A stretch of DNA of 64,000 nucleotides from assembly GCA_043228905.1 (NCBI GenBank), contig JBHGNT010000012.1, positions 20,894,001-20,958,000 on the forward strand, read 5' to 3'. This stretch comes from Azolla caroliniana (lineage: Eukaryota; Plantae; Polypodiophyta). The translations under genes were made by a program, and so were the position numbers. Position 1 is the stretch's first letter. Each line of letters begins with the position of its first letter. Under the pieces are notes generated by a model, which saw nothing but the letters and a program-made list of their open reading frames with translations, was not told where the DNA came from and searched no databases. This document shows positions 13,301 through 26,394 of this stretch, in pieces.

Positions 13301-14373
13301 CCACTCAACTACTCAGGTAGCTTTGAACTCTTGTTCGGGGCCTACATTATATAGCAGAGTATGTCAGCCAATAGTTGAAGCTGAAAACCATGCCACTTGT
13401 TACACTCCACGTGAGGCAATTTGGCTACTTCTCCGAAGAGAATTAATGTGTTTACCACCTGGGCCACTATTGCGATAGCTAAAGTTGATTTCTACTGACA
13501 GAGTTCAGTATTTCATGCCAACCAAGCATATTGAAATACAATACACTTATATTTGGGGATGTGTGATCACTGGATGTTGTCAAAGAAAGAACTCAAAATC
13601 TGTTTAAACAACCATATTTCCTTCATGAACGAATTTATTGCCATTGTTGGCATTTTATACACAAGTTCACATACATACCGTGAGGCCAATGATCGGTCCT
13701 TAAGTAACAATCTTAAAGGAAACAATGCAAATTAGGCAGTGAAGAGACAAGGAAATGGCCATACAGACAGCAAATACACATCAGCTTATTATCCTTATCT
13801 AAAGACATACATATGCACACATGTCACCAATTACTTACAAAAAAATGGATAAAAGAAACTGAACCTTCCAATATAGAAAGCACTAAGAAATGAACTGTAG
13901 TATCAACATAAGGCATAACCATAGGCTTATTATGTTCATCCAAAAAATACTTATAACAAGGATATTTTCTGTGCTATTCAAAAGTTTTCATATTGATTAA
14001 GGAAATGGTGCAAGGACTTTCATTCATATGATGAAATCACTAAGAAACGGACCAAATTAAAAAGGTAAGGCATATCAAAGGTTAAATGTAAATTCATTCA
14101 AAATCATACTAAATCACACCCACAAGTAGTACATCCTTTTAAACGTTTTTCATGGAAAGAAAGGAGGAAAAAATGATGCAAGATATACAATATAATGCAC
14201 AAAGTACATCTTATGAAATGCCATAAATAATAAGCATGACAAAAACTAAAAGCAAAATCTATTACTTTATTAATACATTAGATTAAAATTAAATTAGACT
14301 AAAATCAGGTTATGCAAATAAGTGTATTTAAATGGGAGGAGAAAATGCATTACCTGATCTTCTTGTAAAACAT
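4319..14373 (-). CDS. MOK: MOK/RAGE (Chlamydomonas LF4-like) MAPK-related kinase, 14 exons, with an in-frame TGA at 5809-5811
   Basis: Phase-consistent exons (-): 14373-14354 (tentative), 12346-12217, 12121-12042, 11916-11786, 9080-8998, 8914-8844, 6457-6345, 6265-6184, 6076-5948, 5857-5744, 5469-5304, 5027-4758, 4676-4537, 4373-4319. Translation includes [90 protein letters not shown] and [13 protein letters not shown], which are MOK-diagnostic motifs. Confidence 0.9.
7440..8490 (-). mobile_element. Decayed LINE 3' fragment in a MOK intron
   Basis: Minus-strand remnants LLYGVETWG and [20 protein letters not shown] (post-RT and C-terminal zinc-finger region of LINE ORF2), with many stops. 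Boundaries are approximate. Confidence 0.65.
9937..10142 (+). pseudogene. rrn16: Plastid 16S rRNA fragment (NUPT)
   Basis: gtaagacaggggatgcaagagttatcggaatgagtgggcgtaaagcatc..aagtccgctgtcaaatcccggggttcaacccc..ttcggtggagcagtgaaatgc matches the plastid 16S V4 region with decay. Confidence 0.85.
10143..10740 (-). pseudogene. Probable plastid ycf1-like fragments (NUPT)
   Basis: K/R/I-rich open stretches (ORFs 10070-10324 and 10543-10731) lie between recognisable plastid pieces. The ycf1 identity rests on composition and context only. Confidence 0.3.
10814..10998 (+). pseudogene. atpH: Plastid atpH fragment (NUPT) with Shine-Dalgarno
   Basis: GGAGGAG at 10801, then [14 protein letters not shown].. 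GP..QGT..G.AV.GI, a frameshift, and [15 protein letters not shown]. This matches ATP synthase subunit c, 3'-truncated. Confidence 0.9.
10996..11036 (+). pseudogene. psbB: Plastid psbB C-terminal micro-fragment (NUPT)
   Basis: [13 protein letters not shown] resembles the CP47 C-terminus AQVEFGAFQKLGD. The match is very short. Confidence 0.55.
11037..11111 (+). pseudogene. psbA: Plastid psbA fragment (NUPT)
   Basis: [25 protein letters not shown] matches D1 [25 protein letters not shown]. Confidence 0.9.
11112..11560 (+). pseudogene. Probable plastid ycf2 fragment (NUPT)
   Basis: Frameshifted TLQY..SKE..SLWDP resembles the Ycf2 C-terminal region TMQY..SKEQG..FIWDP. Confidence 0.35.
12600..13700 (+). 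mobile_element. Heavily decayed Ty1/copia RT-RNaseH remnant in MOK intron 1
   Basis: VVYVDD at ~12785, VEAE..EAIWL at ~13375-13430 and [11 protein letters not shown] at ~13507-13545. Boundaries are approximate. Confidence 0.7.
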
Positions 14374-14904
14374 GCCGCCATCAGGAAAGTGGTGCATAGC
14401 ATATAAGCATCACACGAAATGAAGGTTCCTCCTCATATATATACATATATATAGATAGATAGATAGATATAATCAGAATAAAAAAACTCTTCAGAAAATC
14501 TCCATACAATCATCCATATCCCGAGAAACTTCCATCACATAAAATGAAGAATCTTCGTCATACGCACATTGCATGCATATTCATAATCCGAATCAAATCT
14601 TCATAAAAAATTCCCCGTGAGATTTATCATAGTCCGGAGGAACGGGGCTGGGAGCCCTCGAAACGCTCTTGGGCGTTTCTGAACATTTGGCGACGCAAAG
14701 GAAACGCAGAAACGAGGCAGGTATAATCTCTGCATCCGCGCAACCTTCACTTTGCTTTTCTTCCTTTTCTTTTTTACTTCTATTTTTTAATTTATTTATT
14801 TATTTGTTTCTTTAAATAATAAAAAAGCAATTTCTGCTAGAACCAAAGGAAGAGGAGGAAAAAACAAAAGGGAAAAGTGGTGGTGGTGGTGGGGGGGGGG
14901 GGGA

Positions 14905-15246
14905 TATTCTAGAATCTAGAATCTAGAATCTAGATCATTTTTTAGTGTTGTTTCTTCGTCTAGAACTTTCCGGAAAATTTGTCAGGGTGCGTCGCCAAAG
15001 ATCCTTAATCTCGGTCTTACGGTGTCCCGACCCACCGACTCGCATGATGGCAGAAGTCTTGTGCGCCCATTGCCTCAGCACTAGCCTCCCACGTGAAAAT
15101 TTGACCCTAGATGCCAAGAAACTGCGGTCATTTTTCTTTGTTGTAGAACTTTCCGGAAAACCTATTTGGGTGTGTTCTGCTGAATGTCCTGAACGTTGGT
15201 CTTACGATGTCCCGGCCCACCGACTCATAGGAGTGCAGAAGTCTTG
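14905..15246. repeat. (TCTAGAA)n run plus a ~100-bp segment duplicated at ~183-bp spacing, upstream of MOK
   Basis: tagaactttccggaaaa...ggtcttacg(g/a)tgtcccg(a/g)cccaccgactc..gcagaagtcttg at ~14961-15061 and ~15144-15246. Confidence 0.6.
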
Positions 15247-16639
15247 AACATAATAGCATCTGATGGCGTCTGATGCAGATGGAGGGGCCACACTCTCACA
15301 TCTTGACAGATTTTAGGACGTGAATGTGGCTCGGTCGATAGTGTGGGTTTTTGAGCCCACCCACAATGTGTGATCACAGATTCATTACAATACAGTGTTT
15401 TTACATTTACCCATTTGTGACACATCTCTATTACACCATGCAACCTAATCATGGATCTTTTGCATCATGTTAGTCATTTATTTGGGGTCCAGTCAACGAT
15501 GATTTCAATTTAGCATGTATGTATCTCCTATTAATAAAGCAAGATGATTTCTTTTTGAATTTCAAGTTCGTATGCTTTCTTTTTTAATTTCAAGTTCATG
15601 TGTGGCCTTCATAAACAAACATATCCATGAGTTGAAATGTATCACATTTTACTATCTACTAGAGAATTCCTCCCTCTCTCTTGATCAGAAATCTCCATAA
15701 TCATTTTTAAAATGTTGTAATGAGCATGGAACTTTGTCAAGTGGTTTTAATCAATCAAATTTGAAAGGTTTATGGATCTCGAGGGTTACAAATGGTCCAC
15801 AAACATTTGACATTAACATTGTGCTTTGTAGTATTGGAGGATGGAATAGCCAAGGTTTCCTTACCCACATGATCATGATTGTTGAACTACCTATTTAAAT
15901 CTATTGAACAAACAAGGTCAATCCAAAAGTTCAAAATTACAAGTTGTATTCCTTATCATTTGACATGGATACACAATTCATAACGATGTGTGATTTATGC
16001 TCGTATTGCCCTACCCTAACTATATTAAGGCTATATGTTAGATATCACCCTGGATATGCGTATGTTAGATAAACTAAGTCCAAGAGGGACTAAAAATGAA
16101 GAAAGTTCACTATGGGTGAGGCATTCTCATTCCACCACGTTGCATTCAAGTAATGATCATGTATCTTTAGAAAACCTAAATCTTTTTATTTTGGTGGAGG
16201 ATAAATATCACTTACTTATCGCATGTTGGACGTATAAGGTAATTTGCGAGAAATATGATGACTTTTTAGATGGGCATGATAATGTAAATCTCATACTCAA
16301 ATGTCCACCAAGAAGTGCAAGCACGTATGTGTGCGCATTATTTTCACATAGTTTTTACTACAGAGTAGCAACTCCCTTCTTAGAGAGCAATCACATAGAT
16401 GATATGTTGATTTGGTTCCATTGCTCAAATTTGGCCTCATCATGGATGATAAAACATCTATTATATGCTACACTCTCCCTCTATCTCCCAATGGTAAAAG
16501 CACACAACTATATTAATTGAATGTACAACCCACTTGTTACAACTTATAACTCTTCTCTACATACCTGGTGTCTATGTAGAGAGAGGGATATATTGTAAAT
16601 CCATAAGAAAACTTGAAAATGCACTTGAAGAAATGATCC

Positions 16640-17040
16640 CCACATGCTCTAACATCCAAAACAATATTTGGGCCATCGTGGTCACCTTACTAATTGCAAA
16701 ACTATTTGTATGTATAATATGAAACCAAAGGTCAATAAGTGCATGGGTCGAACAAAAATGGTAAGAGAGCTTATGAACACTTTGGCTTTCAAAAACACCA
16801 TAACACCATCGATTGCCTTGTCACTCATTGAGTACTAATGGAAGAAAATCAATTGAGAAATAAAGTTTTATATCGTTGCTTTGTAGACTTCAACATTTTT
16901 TTAAATATGGTACCTCATGGGCATCTTTAGAGGTGCATCAAATAATTAGGGATGCCAAGTGAATATATGCTTGCAATTTTTGAATCTATTAGAAGGTTTT
17001 ATGTTGTCTGTGTATGGGCAATGAAATTTCAATAACACTA
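16640..17040 (+). mobile_element. Decayed LINE reverse transcriptase fragment
   Basis: Frameshifted IAKLF.CI..ISAW.EQ.GKRAY..GF..H.TID.LVT..VLMEE..KVLY.CFVDF..MVP, matching the LINE RT N-terminal domains. Confidence 0.7.
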
Positions 17041-17607
17041 TTGCATATTCGACTATGCTTTCTTTATTTCTTTCGCAACAACTACCACATCAACATCTGT
17101 CATCAAGAGCACTCCACCTCCTCACTACCCTACACCTCTCCACAATGATGAATGGGGCAAGTTATTATTGCAAGATCTATGGTAACTCTATACTCAAAAG
17201 CCATGGATTGCATTAAGGGAGTCTCTTCCCACAAAATGGAATCATATACATACCAATATGTAAGTACCCCTCCACCCCCATAATGCTCACAAGAAATAGG
17301 TGAACTTCGTACAATTAAAGTAAGACATGCACTTCGTATAATTAAAGTTGAAAGGCTTTGCAAGTTACGAGAGCTTGGAAAGAGTCTGAAAAAGTTTCTT
17401 ATGAAGTCTTTATCTCTTTAAGACTTAAGTCGATATGTAGATGTCTTGTGTGCTTGTACTTCTTGAGGCTACATCATTTTTCACTAAGATCGTGTGCCTG
17501 GAAAGGATTGTTGAGAATTGTCTTGAGGTTCAAGAAAACAACTACCATCAACAATGTAAAGTTGGGTGGTAAGACAATAAAACAACTTCAAAAGGTACAC
17601 AATAGTG

Positions 17608-17862
17608 AAATTTTGAGTTCTTGTTGAGTATTTGTTGTACATTACATGATCCATGAGGATACGAGCATGGGTACTAAAGAACAACCATGAGACCAAGAGA
17701 TAGGGGAATGCAACAAAGTAGTTTTAGAGATTTAAGCCTTATGGCCACCCCAATGTGGAAGGGAACAACCATTTTGTATATGAGCCATAAAACTCACCAT
17801 TGTGCCTTTTTAGCCACTTCGTGCGAATTTTTAGTTTTCTTACCCCATACGATAATACACAT

Positions 17863-17945
<83 letters not shown>

Positions 17946-19331
17946 TTTTGAAGTGAGTGATTAGTGTTAAGCGTTATTTAGACAAATTTTGTGCTCGATT
18001 AATTGAAGTGCGGCTAGTTCGATTGCGCATAATGTATTTACGTGTGTAACAATGTATGTATATAATGCTCGAGTCTATTAATACACTAGTGAGATTCTTA
18101 GTAAGGTTAGTGCTTTTGAGAGAGGTGAGTGAGAGTTCGCAATATTAGGGTAAGTGAGGCTAGAGGCTCAATAGTGTTTGACAATCACCATCACCCAACT
18201 CACTATCAATGGGGGATAAGGTTATCTGTACCCTTCAGTGAATGATATTGGCATGGAGACATGTAAACTCCGCTAATCCAAAGATATGCATTCAATGGGA
18301 GCACCTAAAGTCGACAAGTTATGAATGGAAACAACATATATAGAAATGTTTAGGACAATGGGAGGCATTTAATTGATTTCGTAATGATGTAATAGATTCC
18401 CTAGTGAATTTGAAGATGTATCAAGAGAGATGTGGAGTCTGATGCACCGCACATTATAGTACTACATATTGCACCAAACTACTAAACCATCTTCTTCTCC
18501 AAAGGGGCAATGTGCATGCAATTTTAACCCATTCAACCTCATACCATCCACAACATTTATTCCATATGATTTAGCTCACATTCTTTTCAATGTGAGATGA
18601 GGGTAGGATGATCAAGTTCCTACTCGATAATTGAATCATAATGTTTCCAATTCCAACAATCTTGCACTCATGCACATTGCCAAGATCAACCAAGCTGGTA
18701 TATATAGACGTATCCTCAATGATACACACCACAATACTACACAATTGTTTCAAAGGAACATAGTTGAAATCGATTGATTAGTTGTCCTCGTGTTGGAGAC
18801 TTTAGGGAAGTTGACACGAGGAATTTGGGCCATGTATCTAGAGACAAGGGATGTAATGGGAATATTGATTCAGGTTGTAGTGAGTTTGATGGTATATTAT
18901 TGATAGTATATTATATTTCATCGATTATATTTCAACTTCCATAACTAATACATTACTACTTAGTATTAGGGTTAAAAAATGGAGCTTTGTATTGCAATAA
19001 TCAAACTCTAAACCAAACATGATTGAAAGTACATTCAGATCATCAAGGAAATCCCAAAATATCCCATAAGCTTTTGACTGACCAAGAGGATAGACAGAAA
19101 GAAGTTGGGGAGAGATTTTGTGCCATGTTTGGTAGTTGGCTAATACCTTTACTTTGACCAATTGTCCACCTTTCCTACCTACACTCCCATCACTTTGATC
19201 CTACGAAATTATTGATTTAGAAACACATGTCTACTTCATTGATTTGTTAGTTAACTAGGGAAGATTCTATCCAAGTGGATGAATAGATTGGCTTTTAAGC
19301 AACAATGTTTGGTGGCACGTTGAAACTACGT
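17608..19331. repeat. Unclassified dispersed repeat (decayed transposon-like), internally deleted copy; contains a (CT)n microsatellite at 17865-17941
   Basis: 17697-18600 resembles 25224-26070. 18601-18790 resembles 23996-24180 and 27597-27780. 18790-19331 resembles 28015-28605. Confidence 0.75.
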
Positions 19332-19364
19332 TCAAAATTAAAAAAAAAAGAGTAAAAAAAACAA

Positions 19365-19520
19365 CCATTAAACTGTTTAAACTGCGGTTTCTAAATGTTG
19401 AAACCGAACCGAACCATTTTAGAAAACCCGAACCGAACCGAACCTGTTTAAACCGTTAAGCTGCGGTTTTGCGGTTCGGTTCGGTTCGGTTCGAGTTTAG
19501 GGTTTAGGGTTTATCCAAAC
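19365..19520. repeat. AACCG/CGGTT subterminal-type repeat cluster (DNA transposon end-like)
   Basis: aaccgaaccgaacc twice, then the inverted cggttcggttcggttcggtt. Decayed equivalents occur at 23215-23320 and 24798-24905. Confidence 0.6.
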
Positions 19521-19687
19521 TGTTGCCGATTGTTATACCTAAACCTAACCTAGATACATGCATCTAACCTGGTTGAAAGTTTTGAAGATTATCCAAAAAT
19601 ATCAAAAACATATTCAAAAAACCAAATTTCAAAGTTTTACATTGGTTCCCAATACATATATCACTACCATCAATTAATCATGTTCAG

Positions 19688-21676
19688 AAATAGTGTTCAG
19701 GCAACAAAGGAGTGGGTTCAAGCACAAATACCTGCAATAATAAAGGATTAACTTGCCATGTCATCAAAGGATAGAGAAGATTCTGAACTTCCTGCTGGGG
19801 ATGTAGACATGGAAGCCCTAGTAGAAGCACATGTGAATGTTCTAGCAGGAGCATGCTGGTCTATTGGTATGATTTCATGTGTTTATGAACTTTATTATTA
19901 AATGATAGACTAAGCTCTAAGCAAGATACTAATTTTTGTGTTTTGTTTTCTCAGGAATTACTGTATCGTTATGCCTCTTTATTTTCTTAAAGAGGTCCTA
20001 TACAGAACTTTTCTATGTTCAAAGATGATTTCCAATCTTTGTTGTAAACATTTTGTAGAATGCAAGAGCTTGTAGTAGTATCACACTCATTTATATATCT
20101 TATTCATCATAGGAGGTACAATTGGTCCAAATGGCAGATCCTCTTATGTTGATCGTGGCACATTAGAAACATGTTTGAATGGTACCATCTTATCTGTCAG
20201 CGTGGTAATGGGATCTTGCTGTCAACTTTTAGAAACTATTGTCAAGAAAACTTGCTCATATTGGGATCATGTGGAACAAATATCTTACATTATATTTTTG
20301 CAGGTAATGGCAGGTACTGGTCATGTAGGTATGTCTAAGCTCCTTCGATACTTACGAAGAAGAAATGATGTCGATGGTGCAATCAGTTATGGAAATCATA
20401 CAGCTGTAAGTCCCACCAAACTAAGCTTTGTTTTGTTTCCAACCTAATATGCAGTATTCTCATTTAGGTTTATATTGACTTTTCTGTAGCTTTGTTTCAT
20501 ATAATTTTTTCATTTCAAAACCTTAAAAGCACTGGTTGATTCTCAGAACAACATGGCTATTGGATTCATATTCCTAGGAGGTGGTACTGCAACCTTCTCA
20601 ACAAATAATAATGCAGTTGCAGCTCTACTTATTGCATTATATCCTTGATTTCCAACAGCTCCAAATGATCATCGATGTCATCTGCAGGTTCCATCATTTT
20701 GAACTTCCCAAGTGTGCTTGTAATAATTTTAAATGTGACTCTATTAATATGCATCCCTTTTTTTCCTAAAAAGAGGAAAAATATGGTAAGAAAGTACTGA
20801 TATTTCTCTCAGTCTAAAACATACTGTATGTGTCATTATTGATGGTACCAAAGACTTGTATCTGCTAATTGATGAACCTGTTATTTCCTTTTAAAGGGCT
20901 CTTATGTATAACAAATTTTTGTATAAAAGGTTATTTTTTCCATATATAGGCTTTTCAGCACCTTTCTGTCCTGGCCACAGAGCCACGGTGTATCCAGACA
21001 ATTGATGTCGACACAGGTCTTCCAGTCTATGCACTGCGTGAAATAACAATGCAAGAGACCTTCTCACATTCTGAAACTACAGTTTGCCAAGTTTCTCCTT
21101 GTCTTTTGCCAGAACGTTGCCTGGTACGGTTCTCATTCATTTTCCAATTCTTGAACACTTGTACACTTCTTAATTCAACATATAACATTGTCCTTTTCCA
21201 GCTTAAAGGTGTTCGTATTTGTGGACCACGTTATTGGCCTCAGGATATAATGCCGTCTCCTTGTGGTGAGCAAAACAATTAAGGATTTGACAGAAGTTTC
21301 AGTTTTTATCCTGATAATGACATTCTAATCTTACTTGACAGATTCACCATGGTGGCACTCTACTGACATGAGTAATCCCTTTCCAAAGGGTGTAATTCTT
21401 GTGAAGAGTAAGGTTGTGTCTAGAACATATGGTGATGATCCAATAGGGAGGCACTCGCTTCTTTCTCCTACATTGCAAAAGGTAAGATGGGCACAAACCA
21501 CTTAGTCTTTTTTCTCATATGGGGTTTTTGAAAAGTAGATTCGTATCTTTATTCTTTCAGAACTTGAAGGATGATAGTGATGGAGTCAAAGAGGTAGACA
21601 AATTAGTGAGCACATTCTCTGCTGACCTGAGCCTTTTGGCATTTGCTCAATTCTTCTGCACATATCGCCAGAGAAG
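19688..21676 (+). pseudogene. APC1: Anaphase-promoting complex subunit 1 (APC1) internal fragment, introns retained, disrupted
   Basis: Exons give EALVEAHVNVLAGACWSIG, YVDRGTLETCL, VMAGTGH, AIGFIFLGGG..FSTNN..LLIALYP*FPTAPNDHRCHLQAF, TIDVDTGLPVYA, CGPRYWPQ and LVSTFSAD. Stops at 19749-19751 (TAA) and 20646-20648 (TGA), frameshift at ~19975. No N- or C-terminus. Confidence 0.9.
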
Positions 21677-22739
21677 GTATGCACCATTCTAACAATGATT
21701 CTATATTTAAAATGCTTGTGTACGAATTTGTTGAAGGGAAAGATACCATTGGTGGCTCCCCCTTCATGGGGTGGTGTAACATAGGACATGGAAGAAGAGA
21801 GACACAGAAGAGAACCCTAATTCATTTGCAACTATGTGCTATAGATTTCAAAGTACTTATGTAACTGATGATATCCTAGTTACAAAATGCTCTAGCTTTA
21901 TTGGGGCACTTAATTGGGCAGATATCACTTGGCACACTTGTGGGACAACTTACTCGAGCCCTTAATCCCACAATTCCTAGGATATGCCATCAAGTGATCT
22001 ATTCACTATATTTATTGAGTAATGCTTATTCTATTTTGATTTGTTGTTCTTAAAGACGAGACAACGCTTAAGGTGTAATCTCTTGTTTGGTCTTATATGC
22101 CATTTTGGCCTCTTAAAAGACGTTAATATATCTTGTCAATATAACTTTTGTACTTAGGTCCTATGGGTCATTATTGGCCTCTGTATGAACATTAAAAATA
22201 TCCATTCATGGCTATTAGTCATCGCCTATTGTTCGGGTTGCTTACCGCATAGCTATCGGCTTGGCTCGATGATCAACTTTCGACTATCAGCTTGGTTATC
22301 ACTCGGCCATCAACTTTCGACCATCAACTCAGTGTTGGCCATCACAGGGCTCGATTATCACTTGGCTAATGGGTATTGATAGTAAGCCCAGTTATAAGCT
22401 CAGGGATGGAGCCATTGCTCAACTCCATGTGACACTTGCCTCAGCTCGGCAATTATGCAAGTCTCTTCCCACATCTTACTTTGTTAGGTGTCTTACTTTG
22501 TTATATGCAATCATCCCACTTCTTCGCCATCTTGTTGTTGCTTGCAAATGAAGGACAAGACAAAAAAGACACTTATAAAAGCTGCATAAAAAAGATTACC
22601 AAGCTGAACTGAGCCGAGCTCAGCCAAAGGATGTCCACAAATTGACCATTAGACTGAGCTGCTAGTTGATGATTGCTGAGTGATGGTAAATAGCTAAGCC
22701 AAGTAACAAGCTGATGACCGATCCTAATGACAGTCGGGC

Positions 22740-25130
22740 TGACAACCATTTCTGATAGTTGTGCTCAGGCAGTATGGGATTGTAGACAACGGATGAAAGA
22801 CGATCATTTAAATGAGAGTGGAGAGGAGAATGAAGATGAGGATGAAGGTAGGAGTTGACCACAATTCGGGTCAGGAGTCACAAACTCAAATAATTTAAAA
22901 CATTTGAATCTTACACACCAAACCAAACCTTGAAACCTTTAAACCAAAACAATTTGAGGGATTTTTCAGCTTAACCCTAATGGTTCATGAGATTTACGAA
23001 TTGTTATGCCAAGGATTCTCAGTTTGATTGTCGGCTCAAAGTGAATTATTGGTGATTGTACTTCTCAATTTTAACTTTTCAGTAAATGCTTATTAATTTT
23101 TTTTTAAACTTAAAAGAATTGTTAGGCGTCAAAATTTAAACTTCATAACACATAACATGTATTAAATAATTTATAAAGTTAATAAATATTTGCAGCCATT
23201 ATGCTAATAAAGGCTCAAACTGAACTTGTGAACCCCCAAGCCAATCCAAACTAAACCCAATCGAACCGTTTACAAATCTCTGAACCTGAACCAAACTGAA
23301 CTGAACCTGAACTGTCTACAAAAATTTGAGTTCTTGTTGAGTATTTGTTGTACATTGCATGATCCAAGAAGATACGGCATGGGTACTAAAGAACAACCCT
23401 CTATTGATTTGGGGCCCTAAACCCTAAACCAACACATACTGTCAACCTCTTTACGATATGTTCATACAATGGAGATGTTGTTCACATGTCTTGATTTTGA
23501 ACCTTGATATGTAGGTATTCTTCCTTGTCTGACAATATCATTATTGAGTTTAGCTAGTAAAATCATGTTCAAAATTTGACAATATAATGGACTCCACCTA
23601 AAATATAATTTTGAACATATCACCTCACTTACCATGTTTCTTTTTCAATCACAATGTGCACTCTTAATCACAAGATTTATTATTATATTTCATAGATCCC
23701 CATACACTATGTGAAATGCTTCACTTTGGTCCCACAAATCATATTTTACCTCTGAGGATGATAATAAAATCCTTCTCTGTCTTTGGGACGTGTCATTGAG
23801 TATTAGGCCCTTATTAAAATGGCCCTTAGTGGAGATGAACTCATTGAAATGCTTGTCACTACCGCTACTATGAAAAATTCTTATACGTTTCTTAGAACAC
23901 ATAACGACTCTCTCAATGTCATCTTGTACATATCTTTGGACATTATGTTGATTGAGATTAAAGTTAGCGTTAGATCGGATATGTGTTGTACTTGGTGTAG
24001 GATGATCAAGTTCATACTTGGTAATTGAATCATGATGTTTCCAATTACAATGATCTTGCACTCTTGCACACTACCAAGTTCGACCAAGTTGGTATATATA
24101 GACGCACTCTCGACGATGCACACCACAAGACTGCACAATTGTTTCAAAGGAACATAGTGAAATGGATATATTGGTTGTCCAATGCCAAGGGCTACTTGGA
24201 AAGTTATGTCTGCAAGAGAGTCATGTTAAAAAGGGAGCCTTGAAATCCCTTTTTAATATGAGTCTTTAGTCATGTAGAGTCGAGAATGGCTTTCTTCATT
24301 TTGGGATGGCCCCTCAGATGCATAATTGGTGTATGTAGAATACTGACAACCATTTCTAATAGTTGTGCTTAGGCAGTAAGGGATTGTAGACAACGGATGA
24401 AAGATGATCATTTAAGTGAGAGTGGAGCGGAGAATGAAGATGAGGATGAAGGTAGGAGTTGACCACAATTCGGGTCAGGAGTCACAAACTCAAATAATTT
24501 AAAACATTTGAATCTTACACACCAAACCAAACCTTGAAACCTTTAAACCAAAACAATTTGAGGGATTTTTCACAAGATTTACAAATTGTTATGCCAAGGA
24601 TTCTTAGTTTGATTGTCGGCTCAAAGTGAATTATTGGTGATTGTACTCCTCAATTTTAACTTTTCAGTAAATGCTTATTAATTTTTTTTAAACTTAAAAG
24701 AATTGTTAGGCTTCAAATTTAAACTTCATAACACATAACATATATTAAATAATTTATAAAGTTAATAAATATTTGCAGCCATTATGCTAATAAAGGCGCA
24801 AACTGAACTTGTGAACCCCCAAGCCAATCCAAACTAAACCCAATTGAACTATTTACAAATCTCTGAACCTGAACCAAATTGAATTGAACCTGAGCTGTTT
24901 ACAAAAATTTGAGTTCTTGTTGAGTATTTGTTGTACATTGCATGATCCAAGAAGAACAACCCCCTATTGATTTGGGACCGTATACGCTAAACCAACACAT
25001 ATTGTCAGCCTCTTTACGATATGTTCATATAATGGAGATGTTGTTCACATGTCTTGACTTTGAACTTCGATATGTAGGTATTCTTCCCTGTCCAACAATA
25101 TGATTATTGAGTTTAGCTAGTATATAGCAT
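22740..25130. repeat. Local direct duplication of ~0.8 kb (22740-23570 resembles 24343-25130)
   Basis: Near-identical tgacaaccatttct..gacaacggatgaaaga..ggagtcacaaactcaaataatttaaaac..ttattgagtttagctagta in both copies. Confidence 0.85.
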
Positions 25131-26394
25131 GTTCAAATGTATTTGCAAATATTCTATGTAATAAATTTTATGTACATCAATTTACTTTGTTTGGAAAACT
25201 ACAATGACTACCCCAATGGAGGTAGATAAGGGAATGCAACAAAGTAGTTTTAGAGATTTAATGGCCAACCCAATGTGAAAGGGAACAACCTTTTTGTATG
25301 TGAGCCATAAAACTCACCATCGTGCCTTTTTAGCCACTTTGTGCGAATTTTTAGTTTTCTTCCCCCATATGATAAACTATAATAGAGCTCTCTATCTGTC
25401 TCTCTCTCTCGTACTTTTGAAGTGAGTGATTAGTGTTAAGCGTTATTTAGACAAAACCTATGCTCTATTAATTGAAGTGTGGCTTGTTCGATTGCTCGTA
25501 ATGTATTTACTTGTGTAACAATGTGTGTATATAAGGGTTGAGTCTATTAATACATTAGTGAGATTCTTAGTAAGGTGAGTGCTTTCGAGAGAGGTGACTG
25601 AGAGTTCACAATATTAGGGTAAGTGACCTAGAGGCTCGATAGTGCTTGACAATCACCATCACCCAACTCACTATCAATGGGGAACATGGTTATCCAGACT
25701 CTCCAAGTAATGATATTGGCATGTAGACATATAAACTCCGGTAAATCCAAAGACATGCATTCAATGGGAGCACCTAAAGTCGGCAAGTTATGAATGGAAA
25801 CAATATATATAGAAGCGTTTAGGACAATGGGGTGCATTTAACTTATTTCTTGATGATTTAATAGAGACCCTAGTGAATTTGAAGATGCATCAAGAGAGAT
25901 GTGGAGTCTGATGCACCACACATTATACTACAGATTGCACCAAACTACCAAACCATCTTCTTCTCCAAAAGGGCGATGTGCATGCAATTGTAACCCATTA
26001 AGCCTCGTAAACCATCCACAACATTGATTCCATATGATTTAGCTCACATTTTTTTCAATGTGCGATGGGGGCAAAGGTGCATATGCGAGGAGATTCGTTG
26101 ACTATGCACATTTTCCCCCAAACACACTCAAGTTTGAATGTGACAATATAATGTTCCACCTAAAATATAATTTTGAACATATCACCTCACTTACCGTGTT
26201 TCTTTTTCAATCACAAGATTTATTATGATATTTCATAGATCCCCATACACTATGTGAAATGCTTCACTTTGGTCCCATGGATCATATTTTACCTCCGTGG
26301 ATGATAATAAAATCCTTCTCTGTCTTTGGGACACATCATTGAGTATTAGGAACTTATTAAAATAGCCCTTAGTGGAGATGAACTCACTGAAATG

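Noticed and set aside
16035-16520. 161-aa ORF as a host gene
   Set aside because: It has no recognisable motif or splice structure and lies next to decayed LINE sequence.
19494-19513. Interstitial telomere (TTTAGGG)n
   Set aside because: Only 2-3 units within a transposon-end-like cluster. Similar short runs occur in the solo LTR at ~53240-53370.
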